64,000 nt of DNA, taken from positions 521,669 through 585,668 of the forward strand of contig JAAOMT010000503.1 in the NCBI GenBank assembly GCA_016748015.1, written 5' to 3'. The DNA comes from Geosiphon pyriformis uo1. Taxonomy: Eukaryota; Fungi; Glomeromycota. A program made the translations under genes and the position numbers. Each line of letters opens with the position of its first letter. The stretch's first letter is position 1. Positions 27,911 to 43,500 of this stretch are shown here, piece after piece. The notes under the pieces are model-generated. The model made no database searches, was not told the DNA's origin, and worked only from the letters and a program-made list of their open reading frames with translations.

Positions 27911-29230
27911 ATGTTTATTAAAATGTTTTTTTTTTCCATTTTATAAAACAAAAATAATTGTAATATTGGCTAAGTAATAATAAGTTTTTATTAATATTAT
28001 AGTTAATCAATATAATAATAAATAATTATTTAAAGTAGTATAAAAAAAATATTTATTATATTTTAAATTTAAAATTTTATGAAAATAATATATAGTTCTA
28101 ACTTTTATAACTTTTTTTCTTTTTTTTTTGTTTACAACTTTAAACTCAATATATTTATAAATATGTTTATGTAATTTTAAATATTAAATTAAAAAGAGTA
28201 AATAACCAAATAAGTTATATTTTATAACTTCTTAATGTTTTTTCAAGATTTTTGCTTTTTTTGTCTGATTTTTATTTTGGTATTTTGTATAATACTTTAA
28301 TTTTTTTTTTAGTCTTATTATGCAAATTTTTTTTGAAATTTGTAATATAGATTAAAAAACTATGCCAAATTTTTAAGTCAATAGTAGAATTATAGATTTA
28401 TTAAAGCTTTACAAATTTTTGTTATTTGTATTAATAATTTTTACAGTTTTTTTTTGTGTTAAAACATTAAAAAAAAGTTATATTATCTATAATAATTTCT
28501 TTAATTGCTTTTGAAATAATAATATTAGTTATAAAGAGTGTAAAAAATTTTGAATTAAAATTAGAATTATTAAATATTCTTCAATTTTTTTTTAATTTCT
28601 TATAAAAATTTATGCCAAATTTTTTTTATGTATTAATATATTTAATACATAAATTGAACTTTTAATATATTAGATTTTTTGTATTTACTATATGAATATA
28701 TTTAAATATATTACAAAATTTCTGGTGTTAATTTGTAAAAGTTTATAAATATAAAACTTAGTATATTATAATATAATTAGAAAAGTTTGCATATTAAAAG
28801 AGTTTAGTAATAAATAAAATCAAAAATATAATATTAAAAATATAATAAATAAAAAATACACTAAATCAAAAAATAAAAAACATGTTAGATTAAAAAATAA
28901 AAAACACAAATTAATAATTATTTTTATAAAAATAAACAAGACAATATAATAAGTTAAAATATTTAAATTAATATATTTTTATAATTATATTATATTATAA
29001 TTGTATATTATGAATAAAATATTATTATAATATAAAATAACATTATTATAAAATATCTGATTGTATATTTTATCAAAAAAAAATAGTCTTATAGTAATTA
29101 ATAATAATATAATATATATTTGTTTTTTTATAGTTTTTTTAAGTATAAAAATTATATGAATAATATTATTAAATTTTGAAAAGATAAAAAATTTTTCAAA
29201 TTTATTTATTTTTGAAAACAATTTTATGAA

Positions 29231-32200
29231 TTTTTTTTTTATTAAACATTTAATGAGTGAAGCCCAACCACTATCTAGTACATAGAACCAAACTGAAACT
29301 CAAACTAAATATGATTCATGCACTTTCTACATGTGGCTAGCCACTTAGACCAGACAAGGCAACACTATACACCTATATTAACCTGTATCTGACCACTCAG
29401 GCCAGAAAAAAAACAACACAGTTTATGATGACCAAAGCAAATAGCAAAAGATTTAACCACTCCGAGCAATCTAACAACACTATCAAACAATATTGAGGAT
29501 ATTCCATGAGAGAGCCCAGAAACAACTCCACCATCATGAACCAAACCAGCCTTTTCTATTACCACCTGGTAACTAGACCTCACCAACCACATCTTGGTAT
29601 GATGCAATTCTACAACAAATTTTACAAAATCAACAATCTGAGCAACAGCTATCTTTTTATCATCAAAAACACTACAAGCCTCCTGACACCAATCATTCAA
29701 CACAAACCCTTTGCAGACCAGAGTGTACAATTCAACATCGACAGAGCAATAAGATAGAACCTGCAATACAGCAGATGAAAAAACATTAAAAACACCAGCC
29801 AAGACAGACCAATGGGCAGAAGTCTCAACCAAGATCTCATCACAAATGCCAGACTCACGAACATAAGTAAAAGCATGGTCAGGGAACTCTACACCACTGC
29901 ACAGCAAACACAATACACCAGAGTAGCACTTATTATACAACTTTTTTCTAACTGCCACTGGCAACCTTCTATGTACAGCTTTTATAAGATAAGTGCAAAG
30001 TGTCAAAGATTTATGACTAGTGAAGCCAGCGAGCATATGAGAGTTAGGATGCCACACCTTTGTCATGACAACCCAGTTGATGCAACCAATCAATGCATCA
30101 GGAATCACATCATAACCAGGGCCAGCTTTCCAATGAGCATGACAAATTGACTGAAAAATATCCCTGACAAAATGACGGGCATTACCAGAAACAGCAGTAC
30201 TCTCAACAACCAGAAAATGTTTACACACACCAGTCAACAGTGAAAAGAAAAATCCAGAGGCAGCCCAAGCAGCCAAGTCAGCTCTCTTATTACCAGAAAC
30301 TCTAGAATGGCTCTTCATCTTAACCCAACTTACAACAAGATCCTTATCTCTAATTAGATTGAAAATATGACACCTCTTTAGCCAGTATTGATTACAGAAA
30401 TCAGGGCAGGCCAAAGACAGCTCAGACACATAAGCATCAATGGCAACTTGGCTGTCAAGATGCAGCACCACAGTACTTGAAGAAGGAACACATTTCAAAG
30501 ACAAAGTGACAGTCTGCAACTCAGCCATAATAGATAACAAAAGACCATGAACAGCAACACCAACACTCAGATCCAGTACCAGAAAGTATGCAGCAGCACC
30601 ACTGGCAATCTCAGCAGAGCCAGCATTTCTCAAAGACCCATCTGTAAAAACTTCAAAAAAACCAGACCAAACATCATGCAATCCATTCTTAACAGTAGAA
30701 AACTCCCCAGATCCCAAAATGTTTAAGCTGCACAACTCATCAGAGCCAGCAGAACAAGAAGACGAGAAGTCCTGGCCCTTTAAAAACTCAGAAGAAACTG
30801 TAAACCAGTGAGGCACAGGACCACGTGGGTCCAATCTCTTCCAATAGCGAAAAGTCTTCCAATCCAACAAGCCACCCTTTTTATCGAAAAGCTGATCACC
30901 AAAAGCAACACCAAAACACTTAAGAGATTTGACTGAATCAAAGTACAGGGACTTCCCAAGAATAGATGATAAAAAAAAGTGACCAGAACTACGAAATGCA
31001 GTGGAGAGATTGTTTACCAAAGACAGTTCATTGCTCAAAAAAATTTTCACCACCCCAGCCAAAAAATTGTTTACTGGATTAATGTACAATCTAACAGAAA
31101 ACTGCAAAGAATCCAAAGAAGCCCAACCAAGAACTTGCAAATCCAAAAATCTATGACTAAACAAATGCCTGAGAATACCAGAAGCATTAGAGAACACAAT
31201 CAGAGCAGCCACTTTCCCTTCAGACTGCACTTGTTCAAAGAGTTTCAGCCCATATAACAAAAAATGATACAAAGCAGCATCAGGAAAATCACAGGGAAAG
31301 TGAGCTTTAGATCTGAAACATTTTTTAACTAAGACATCCCACTTGTGACAAACACTAGAAGAGATAAAACTGAACTGTATACGATAGCTGACAATAGGCT
31401 GCAAGACAGCCGAAACCAAATACAAAAACTGCTTATCAGTAATAGCCTTTCTTAGCACAACATTAACAAAGAAATGAATGTTTGCATGAGCTTTGGCAAC
31501 ACTTGGCTTGGACAACCTCTCTGTAGACAAAAAAATACCCAGATAATGATGTAACTTGCCCTTCTTAGCAATCAAAATTGGTTGACCACAAATACTCAAT
31601 AAAACAACCTTAACACCCTAATTTATAGAAATAGCCACCATCTTCTTACTGTTGATAAAAATATTGTTGATCACAAAAAATTCACTGGCAATGTTCAATG
31701 CATACTGAGTAGAGGCCTGACAATTCCCAACTCAGATAGTATTATTAACAAATGCACCAGCTGAAAAATAAGAAGTCAAACCACTGCCACCCTCAATTCT
31801 GCCATTTTTCGAAACAAACTTAGTATTAATTCAGTACTCACACAATTGTTCGTGCTTTTTGACTTTGCACAAAAGCAGATCATAGAAGATTCTCCACAGA
31901 AGAGGTAAAAAGACCTCACTCTGATCCAGTCTATCATGCACCTTGTAATCACCAGACAAACCAAAATCAGTCATAACCCTGTTAATCCTATCTTCGTGAA
32001 TACCACCAAAAAACTTAATGAATCTCTTACACATCTTGACATGCTACAAGCTAGCCCTCAAATAATGCTACCCAACTGAATTATAGGCCTTCCATATATC
32101 CTGCAAGACCAACCATACTTTTCTATTCTTCTTAATGGCATTCTCAACCACCGATCCGACAACAAACACTGGAGATTGTGTGGATGTACCCTTCAACACC

Positions 32201-35200
32201 AAAAAATTGTCACCCTGAAGAATGTTGAATTTGCTACAAGCCATTAAGATACAATCGGATAGAATCTTTGAAAGAATCTTCCTGGCAGTCTCAATCAAAG
32301 CAATGAGCTGAGTGTTCGTAAGGACCTCATCTCAGTCATAAGGCTTAGGAATTATTGAAACCCACGCCCTTTTTTACAAAACAGATACCACATCAACAGA
32401 TAAACACACATTGAATAAAGCCAACAAGCACCCCAAAACTACCTCACTGCCATGTTTCCACAACTCATTCAGAATACCAGATAAACCAGCAGCCTTGCCA
32501 TCAAGCAAACCACCAATAACTAAAAGCAACTCGTCCATACTGACAGTACACATAACGCCAGAAAAGGCATTATCCCGAACATAGTCTAATGGAATGTACT
32601 GACGAGCCCAAAGATCAGGTAGCACCAAATGCACTGAGTGTTTCCTTGTCTACCCTTCCATAATCTTGTCCACACTAGACTTCATCTCCTCAGGCTCCAA
32701 AACCAATTCATCATCAACCACTAAGTGATCCAACACCACCTTGTGAAATGGCCTTTCTAACACACTCTTAATCATACCACCTTTGTTTGAACAAAAATTT
32801 TCCATGCACTTCTCAATTGCAATTCTAATGGAAGCTTTTTTGGCCAGCCTTGACTCAAATATCTTTGATCTCCTGTAATCCCTGTGAACTGATGACAAAT
32901 GTTTAAGAATGACATCAGATTTCACTCTTGACCCTAACAAGTCAACAAAAGCATGAGCCTTATCATTATCAAGAGTCGACTGTCTATACACAAGGCAATC
33001 TACATTAGACAAGTTACCAGAGTGAAATTTCTTAACAATCTTGATCACCAGCAATTCCAAACCAAAAAACTTAAAGGAATGTCTGTTTTTTGCACAATTG
33101 AACTTGCTAAACTACTGTTTCAAAAATGATGCATTAGCAGACTCCACCAAGACTTTCTCCAAAACTGCTCACATAGCATTCACATTGCCACAGTTTTCAG
33201 CACCAAAAAACATGTCACTCAACAACAAGAGCTTAAATGAGAAAAGATTCTTAAACTTAGCCCATTTAGCACAGTTAGCGTCTTTAATTTTGAACTTCCA
33301 ACAATCTCTATTAGCCTGCCTGTGCATGCTATTCAATTCAGCATCCAGAAGCCCACCTAAACCAACTGACACCACAACTGCTCTGTGATCAGTATCAAAA
33401 AAGTCCAAAACAGAAACAACTTAATGACCAGCAATAGCAGAAGACAGATTACCACTAACAAAAATGTAATCAATTGTCTTCCCAACCCCTCTTAAGTTGC
33501 TTCATGTAGAAGCTCCAACCAAATAATAATTGAAAAATGAGTTAACCAAACCCAAATCCAAACAGAATTTGAAACTTGTACTCTTACCAGATCCATTCTC
33601 ATTAAAGTCCCCACCCAAAACGACAAAAGAGCTGGAATTGACAGCCTTTGCAATGAGAGAGTTAACCTTAAAAGACTGATCAAACCTAACCCCAGGAGAA
33701 GCACTAGCATACAACTCCAGAAGAGTAACCGAGAGCCTGCCCTTAAACAAGAGTCGAACAGAAATGATCCAACCAGGAATCTTCTTAACCTTTGAAACAT
33801 GACGAGCCAGAGAATTGTTCATGATTACAGCAACACCAGCCCCAAGATAACCAACATCCAAACCAGAAGTAAAAATTCAAACTCCATCAAACTTATCCTT
33901 AATTCATGGTCCAGAAGAGGTCCTTAACTTCATTTTTGTAATGAAAGAAACCATATTTCCAGAACTCACATGCCAATGAACAATGTCTGCTTGCTTAGCA
34001 AGGACATTGATATCTTGAACATTACATGTAGCAAATTTCCAGACCAGACTGGTTATTGGAATGAAGATGAGAGAGAACAACCCGGATCAGAGTACAAGAA
34101 ATCCAATCTTGCCAGGACAAAACTAACTGAAGCTTCCAGAGCAGACATTTTAGATTCTAAACCACCCATTTTGGAGATAAAAACCCTTGAACCACTCAAA
34201 CTAAGAACAGCAGTAAACTTAGTAGCACCAGAAAAAGAGGGAACAGATACAGTCGGCTCATCATCCAGAGCCATATCCAAATTCACAACTGAAACTGCAA
34301 GCACAGAAACAACTAAAGGCACACTTCCAGAAAGAGATGCCAATAGTACCAATTTGACAAAACTGAGTTTTTTCAAAATACCAGAAACCTGATCCGCTAA
34401 AATCTCTAAAGAGCGTTCTAAAGTTGCCAAACAATCGCCCAATTAAGACATGACAAGAGGATCAGACATTAATAAAGAAGGAACCAAACCAGGATGTAAA
34501 TCAGTGTCAGAAGAACTAGAGGAAAACACACGAGAGGTGGCACCACCAGCAATCTGAGCCCAAGTTTTACCAGCAAAAGACATGGGATGCAAAATAGGTG
34601 TTTGCTTTCTTTTATAAATATTAGCCAATCAAACTCAATCTTGATCAGAAATTATCCGTTTCCCACAAACACCAGAATTCCCACCCACAGGACAGATGGC
34701 AGTAACATAACCGAATTGTGTACACTTGGTACAACGGGCCAAACAAAGACCAGCCCAACGCAAGTTTACACTCTTGAAAACTGGAACCAAACCAATAGCA
34801 GCCAATTTGGCCGCCTCACTCTTAAAACAGATTACAGCACACCGAACACGAACATATGATATGAAATTATGGCCAATAACACAAGTTTTCTCACCATAGG
34901 CTTCTACCAAGTCTGAAAGATTATGAGCAGTTGTACCAACTAGAAGGGTATACAACAAAGCACAATAAAAGTCCCTTGAAATCCAAGATTCTTTGTCATT
35001 TACTACCAAAGCCACATGTACAGAATTTTTTTCCACAAGAACAGACCACTTAAAAACAACCAAACAGACAATCTCAGCTGATTTAAATTCAACCACAGCT
35101 TTTTGCCACAAATCAATCAGCTGCATCCTGATAGAAATGATCTTGCCAAATTTGGAAAACACAGCCTTTATTGCTGATTTGGAAAGATCAACTGGAATCT

Positions 35201-36128
35201 CCTTGATGATTATCTTCCAATTTGTACAGCTGTTTACTTTTTTGAGATCAGTATTGACAACAACATTCTCATTAATCACCATTAATTTGGCCTTATTCAA
35301 ACTAGATTTACTTGTGAAGATCGATCTTATGATTTTAGAAAATTTTAAGAAAATTGAAGCATCTCTAAAATCATCAATACGATAAAAAATTTTTTTAATT
35401 GAAATCAACTTATCACTATTAGTCTTTCCAGGCACATTTGACAACTCTACATCCAAGGCAAACAATTTAACTGGTTCAAAGACATAACATTCCAAAACAC
35501 ATAAAATCACAGATGGCAGCCAATTGGATCCAGCAAATTTAGCTCCAAGAAACACCAACTCAGTATCATTGTCACTCATGCTTGCGAAGGAAATTGCCTT
35601 CAGTGGCTATCTCAGAACGAAGGTTTTTGTTCGCATTTTTCTAGGAGTCATATTGTCTTCTATTTCATCAGTTTTTGAAGCATTGGGATCCATGTAACTC
35701 GTCTCCTCAGCAACCATGCTTTCTAAATTCTTAGCATCTGATACTTCACTAACACCTGCTTCCTTACTATTCACCTTGTTTCCCCAAGATCTCTACAGCT
35801 TAACATCATCACTATGTAGCATACCCACCAAGAACAGACTGTCCAACGAGTCCACAATACCACCAAAGACACCAGGCAACTTTGTTTTTTTGTATGAAGG
35901 ACCATGCGAGTATACACTCTCAATGCGTGCTTTAATTTTTTTGCTGCCAAACCGGAACCCCAACCCAGCCGAATTCGAACTCGAAGTGCCAGCAAAAGAG
36001 CCCACTGGATCTATAAGCACAAATAGAGGTACGTTTGAAGAAATAACAAAAGAGACAAGGGAAAAAAAGGGTAAAAAAAACTATCTCTTTGACAACTCCA
36101 AGCTTTTGTTGTGGTTCCCAATTTTTTT
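29231..36128 (-). mobile_element. L1-like LINE with RNase H, full length, decayed (copy B); ORF1 ~36014-34053, ORF2 34056-29365
   Basis: Same domain series as copy A. The 744-aa open segment 29365-31599 has VFTDGS, AELQ, DSQ, GNKRAD and CLLCSGVEFPDHAF. Poly(A) at 29231-29241. Probable TSD TTTTATGA at both ends. Confidence 0.93.
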
Positions 36129-37794
36129 TATGATTATTTTTATTAAATATTGAAAATTTAATATTTAAAGCAAATAATTTTCAAATTAAAACAATAATTA
36201 AAACCTTAAATAATAAAAATTTAAAAAAATTTTTAAACTATTATTATTAACAAAAAAAAATTTTTTTTTAAAGACTTTACTAATATTTATTTGATAATAA
36301 TTTTCAAAATTTTAAAAATTATAAAAATATTATTGTTAATAGTATTATTATTAATATAAAAACTTGTTTTTTTAATTGAAATTTTTTTTCTATATTTATA
36401 TTGTTTAATTTAATTATATTATTAGTTTTAAAATTACTTAACTTGTTATTTATAGAATCTTTTTATTAAGTAAAAGATTTAGTATTTTTTGTCAAATTTT
36501 TTAAAATACTTTTTTTGCATTTTTTTTAAAAAATAAAACTGTATTAATTTTATTAAAACTTGATTTTTTTGTTATTTTTTGTTATACTAAATTTACTAAT
36601 ATAACTAATAACTTTGTATTTAAACAAAAATAATATAAAAGTATTTAATTAATAATAAATATATCAAAAAAACAGGAAAAATTTCTTTTAAAAATTTAAA
36701 ATTAATAAAAAAGAGTTTTTAAAATATTTATAATATAATTTACAATAATCTTAAAAAAAAATATTATGTAAAATAATAACAATAAAAATAAAAATAATAA
36801 TAAATATTACAAAAATTTAATAATTTTTAAAGTAATAAAAAATAAAAAATTAATAAATTAGATTCTAATAATTGTATTTAAAAAAATTTGATATTATTTT
36901 TAAAAACCAACTTTATATTAATAAAATTATATATAAATTAAAAAATAGTTTTAATATAAGTCAATTTAATCTTAAAAAATACATTAAATTTTAAAATAAA
37001 AATTACTTATTTTAAAAATTTTAATAATTAATAATAATTTTTAAATATTATTAAAAACAATACTATTAAAAAACCAAAAAAAATTTTTTTATTAAATTCA
37101 ATTTTTTTAATATATTAATTTTAATAATAATAATGTTTCAAAAAAATTAGTGTTTTTTTTGTTTAATATAATAAGTTAAAATATATAATTTATATATAAT
37201 TTAAGATTTTATATAATTATATTGTATTAAATAATAATTGAGCTTTGTATGTTAAACAATAAATAAAAAAAATATTGTTGTTAATATTATTTAAAACATG
37301 TTTACAACCAGAATAAAATTAAATATTATAATTGATATTAGTGTAAAAACATTAAAAAAACCAAAAAAAACCAATTTTAACTTTTTATATTAAAACTAGT
37401 CTTAATTAATTAATTAATTAATTAAAATAAATTTTATACAAAAAAAACTTTTATTTAAAAACAAAAATAATGCTTTTTTAATAATTAAAACTACTTAAAT
37501 TCTTTATTATTTAAGAAAAATGTTTTCGCAAAACACTGTTTAGCTGCTTTTATGGTTAGAAGAACTTTAAGAATAATTGTAATTTTATTATTATATATTT
37601 GATCAATATTAAATAAACACAACAAAAATAATTATTGATTATGTTTGATCAATATTAATAATTTTATTTATAGGGTATTGTGAAGAAGTGATTTATTTTG
37701 CCACAATACCAAAAAATAGATGTAGTAAGCAAACTCCAAGTTTCTGGATCTTATTTAACAGGAGAATAATTCAACCAGTCTATTAATTTTGATT

Positions 37795-39805
<2,011 letters not shown>

Positions 39806-40535
39806 AGGAACCTTGAAACCCATTTACATTCTTCAGAACCATGGATTATTGAACCAATTAATCATCAAAAATGACTGAGGAGCTGTGGCCTCTAAAAATA
39901 ATCTTTCATAACAGTTAAGTTAGATTCTTCAAGAATTAAATGTCTTAGATAAAGTGACCTCAAGTTATCTGGCTTACCGCAATCACATCCTTAAGTACCC
40001 CCATCATAATTTATCTTCGGATATACTACTTGGTATTTATTTAATAGAATGTATTATAACTGGATATTATATAAGTAATACAATTTAGGATTCAATTTTT
40101 TATTATTTTATTGATTTATATAATCAATTTCCTTTTCATAATAACTATTTAATTCATTATTATTAATATTATTTTTATTTTCAAATTTATAGAAATTATT
40201 AAATTGTTTAGTTATAATAACTTGATTATAATCAAAAATTAAATGTTTTTTAACCCTATTTTGAAACATTAAACATATTACAACATTTGAATTTATGTTT
40301 TTTCAAGCTGTTTTAACTTATTGTGTAATAATAAAATATGTAAAATGTTGAATACAACCAATAAAAATATAATTTATCTGTTATTTAAGTATTATATTGT
40401 TAATAATTATATATTAAAAAATTAAAAATCAATTATTTTTGCTTTAAATCATTTTTTTAATTTAATATTTTTATTTATTTTTTATTAATTTAAATATAAT
40501 TACAGATAATAATTAAAATTATATATAATAATACA

Positions 40536-43500
40536 AAAAAAAAACTTCTTTCTCTCTTACCTCCAAAAATTCTCAAAAAAGTGCATTTTTGAAAAAGAAG
40601 TTTTCTGTTTTTTCTTGTCAAATCTTTCAACATTTCTTTAAATAATTCTTTCATCATGGATTTAAAGACTGCTTCAAGCAGTGATATGTTTAAAAAGAAG
40701 GCGCCCAAAGATGCTTTCCATGGTCCTGTTAGTGGTTCTTTTGCTCAGAAAAAAAAGTGGTTCTTGGGAATGTTAAACACACTGGTGATGAGAAGGATAT
40801 CTTTTTGAGTAAATTTGGGTCTAGTGATAGTGTATATTCTGATGTGGATAGTATGTCTGGTAATGATGAGGATGTTGGCATAACTGGTGTAAATGAGAGG
40901 TCTTTGCTGGGCTCAGCTGCCACTACTCCCAAGGCAAAACATGTTAATACTGATACAATGTTTGGCTTTCCACTTGGCTTTTCTAATTTTATTATGAATG
41001 ATGATGAAATTGTGCTTCCTTTTCGCTTGTCTATCTCTCTGGAGAAAAAGTGGATTGATCCAAAAATTATTAAGATTTCTGTGGAAGTATTAATCAAGAA
41101 ATCATTTGCATTGGATATTAATCTCTCAGTTGTGGAAGATAATTTAGCAACAGTGAAGACCCAGCTAATTAGAAAAATTTTTTCTTCAGTCAATGGTTTT
41201 GGGGGGGCCATTACCTCCTTAAAATTTGAAGAGATCATCTAATTTACCTTCACTTCTGAAGAGAGCATGGGAAAGACCACATTATTGGCCAGGGAAAATG
41301 GGATCATTGTAAACACCAATCTCAAAAAACAAGGAGTGTGCTCAGATTAAGCCGTAGTCATCAAAAAAATTCCCATGGATACACCAAAAGAGATAATTGT
41401 CACCGCAGTATCCACATTTGGAGAAATTAAATTTATCAGAATTCAGTTAATCAGCATGTGACAAAAGACTGTTGTGGAGTTTGCCGAATCGAGTCAAGCT
41501 GATTTGTTGGCCTTAAAATGGTCATTCCTAATTGGGAAAGATTCAGTGCATGTGGCCAAGGCCGTGGGTGATCATGATACATGGGTGTTGAGAGATCAGT
41601 TCAGGGCGCTTTTGTTTACTTTGCTGGTGGGAATGACTGTACATGATCTTAGTACTCTTCTGGATGGGACTGGTGGGAAAACCTATATCATTAATTAATC
41701 TTTGGACACTGGCAATAGGATTTATTGTGCTGTGATTGGCTTTGAATCTGAGGAGGATTTGGATACTGCCTTTCATACTGAGCCTATTTTTGGTGGTATG
41801 CAACTTTCATGAGCCAGATTAGATTTGGTTAAATGTGGGAAGTGTGGGCATTTTGGCCATTCAACTCTGAAGTGAGATGTATTGGTAGTGTTATCTTCTG
41901 AGCTCAAAAGTTCATTCAAAAAGCCTGCTTCTGGTTTTGATTGTTTTCAGTTGGCCAAGTTGTACACAAAGAAAAAAGTTCCTATCTCTTGCTCTGTTGT
42001 CTTTGGTGGCAAATTATGGGCTCAGGTAGTATCTCTTGACTCCTCTTCTGATGGCTCACTTTTTGGTTTTGGTTTGCTCTCTGGTGGTTTACCTATCTCT
42101 TTGGGTTTTTTCAGTTCTCAAGTCGATGAATTGGATGAGCGTTTGGCAGTTTTGAAGCACTTTTTGGAAATTCTATCAGATTAAGTTTCTGTCATTCTTA
42201 AAAAATTGAGTTTTGTTGAACTGGTGCCATTGGTGTTTCCATCTTGTGCTTCTCCTTTGGCTGTTTCTGTGCCTTTGGCTCCAGTTGTAGATTTGGATAT
42301 GGCTCTGGATAGTATGTTGGCTTTGCCTGCTCCCCCCTTTTCAAGTAGTAGTGAATTTGCAGATGGTCTTAGTCCAAGTGATTCAAAGGTTCTCACTTTC
42401 AAGATGGGTGGTTTGGAGTCTAAAATGTCTGCTCTGAAGGCTTCATTCGGTTTGATTTTGGTGAGATTAGATCTTTTGTGTTCTGGTTCAGGTTCGTTCT
42501 TACTTTTGTCATCCCAATGAGTGGTTTGATCTGGAAATTTGCTACATGCAACGTTTGGGGCATCAATGTTCCTGCAAAACAGACAGACATTGTCTGTTGG
42601 CATGTGAGTTCTGGGAATATGGTTTTCTTTATTGCTAAGATAAAATTGAGGTCCTCTTCTGGATTATAGATCAAGGACAAATTTGATGGGGTTCGGATTT
42701 TTACTTTTGGGTTAAATGTTGGTTATCTCAGTACTGGCATTGCTGTAATCATGGACAACTCTTTGGCTTGCCATGTTTCTAGAGTTGAAGAGGTTCCTGG
42801 TCATTTGATTTCGATTCGGCTTTTGTTTAAAGACAAGCTTTCAGTTACAATTCTGGGTTTGTATGCTGGTGCTTCTCCTAAGACTAGGTTTGCTTAGGCT
42901 CCTGCAGTGAATTTTCTTATTGCTAAGGCTGTTAACTCCAGCACTTTTGTTGTTCTGGGTGGTAATTTCAATGAGAATGACTCTAAGAGGAGTGCAAGTT
43001 TTAAGTTCTGTTTGGGTTTGGGTTTAGTCAATTCTTTTTTTGGATACTTTTTGGTCAAAACGGCTACATGGAGCAATTCTAGGAGGGTGGAGAAAACAAT
43101 TGATTTTATTCTTGTTAGTGGGACTCTATCTTCTGCTGTTGTGAAGCATTGTGTAAATTCTGTTTCTGATTTTTTTGATATGGATTACAAATCTGTCATG
43201 GTTTCGGTTGGTCTGGGTGGGCTTTTAGATGTTCAGCTGAATGGTTTGCATAAGCAAGCCAACAAGAATTGTTGGAAGTTTAAGATTAAGAATGCTGATG
43301 ATGCTGGATAGTCCCATTTTAAGAAATGTTCTTCTGCCAAGATGTTGGAGGTAAAGGGGAGGTTTCTTGGCACTACTGCTGGTCTTGATTTGGATGCTAT
43401 GTGGTTTTTGCTGAAAAAGATGGTGGTGGATTCTGCAGATGAAATATTTTCCAGACATTGGTTCTGTGATTTTCAGTGCTCGAAAAATAAACATTCTTTT

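Noticed and set aside
36150-37550. Identity of near-pure AT blocks (also 27920-29220 and 48470-49400)
   Set aside because: Probably eroded repeats, but too degenerate to assign by eye.
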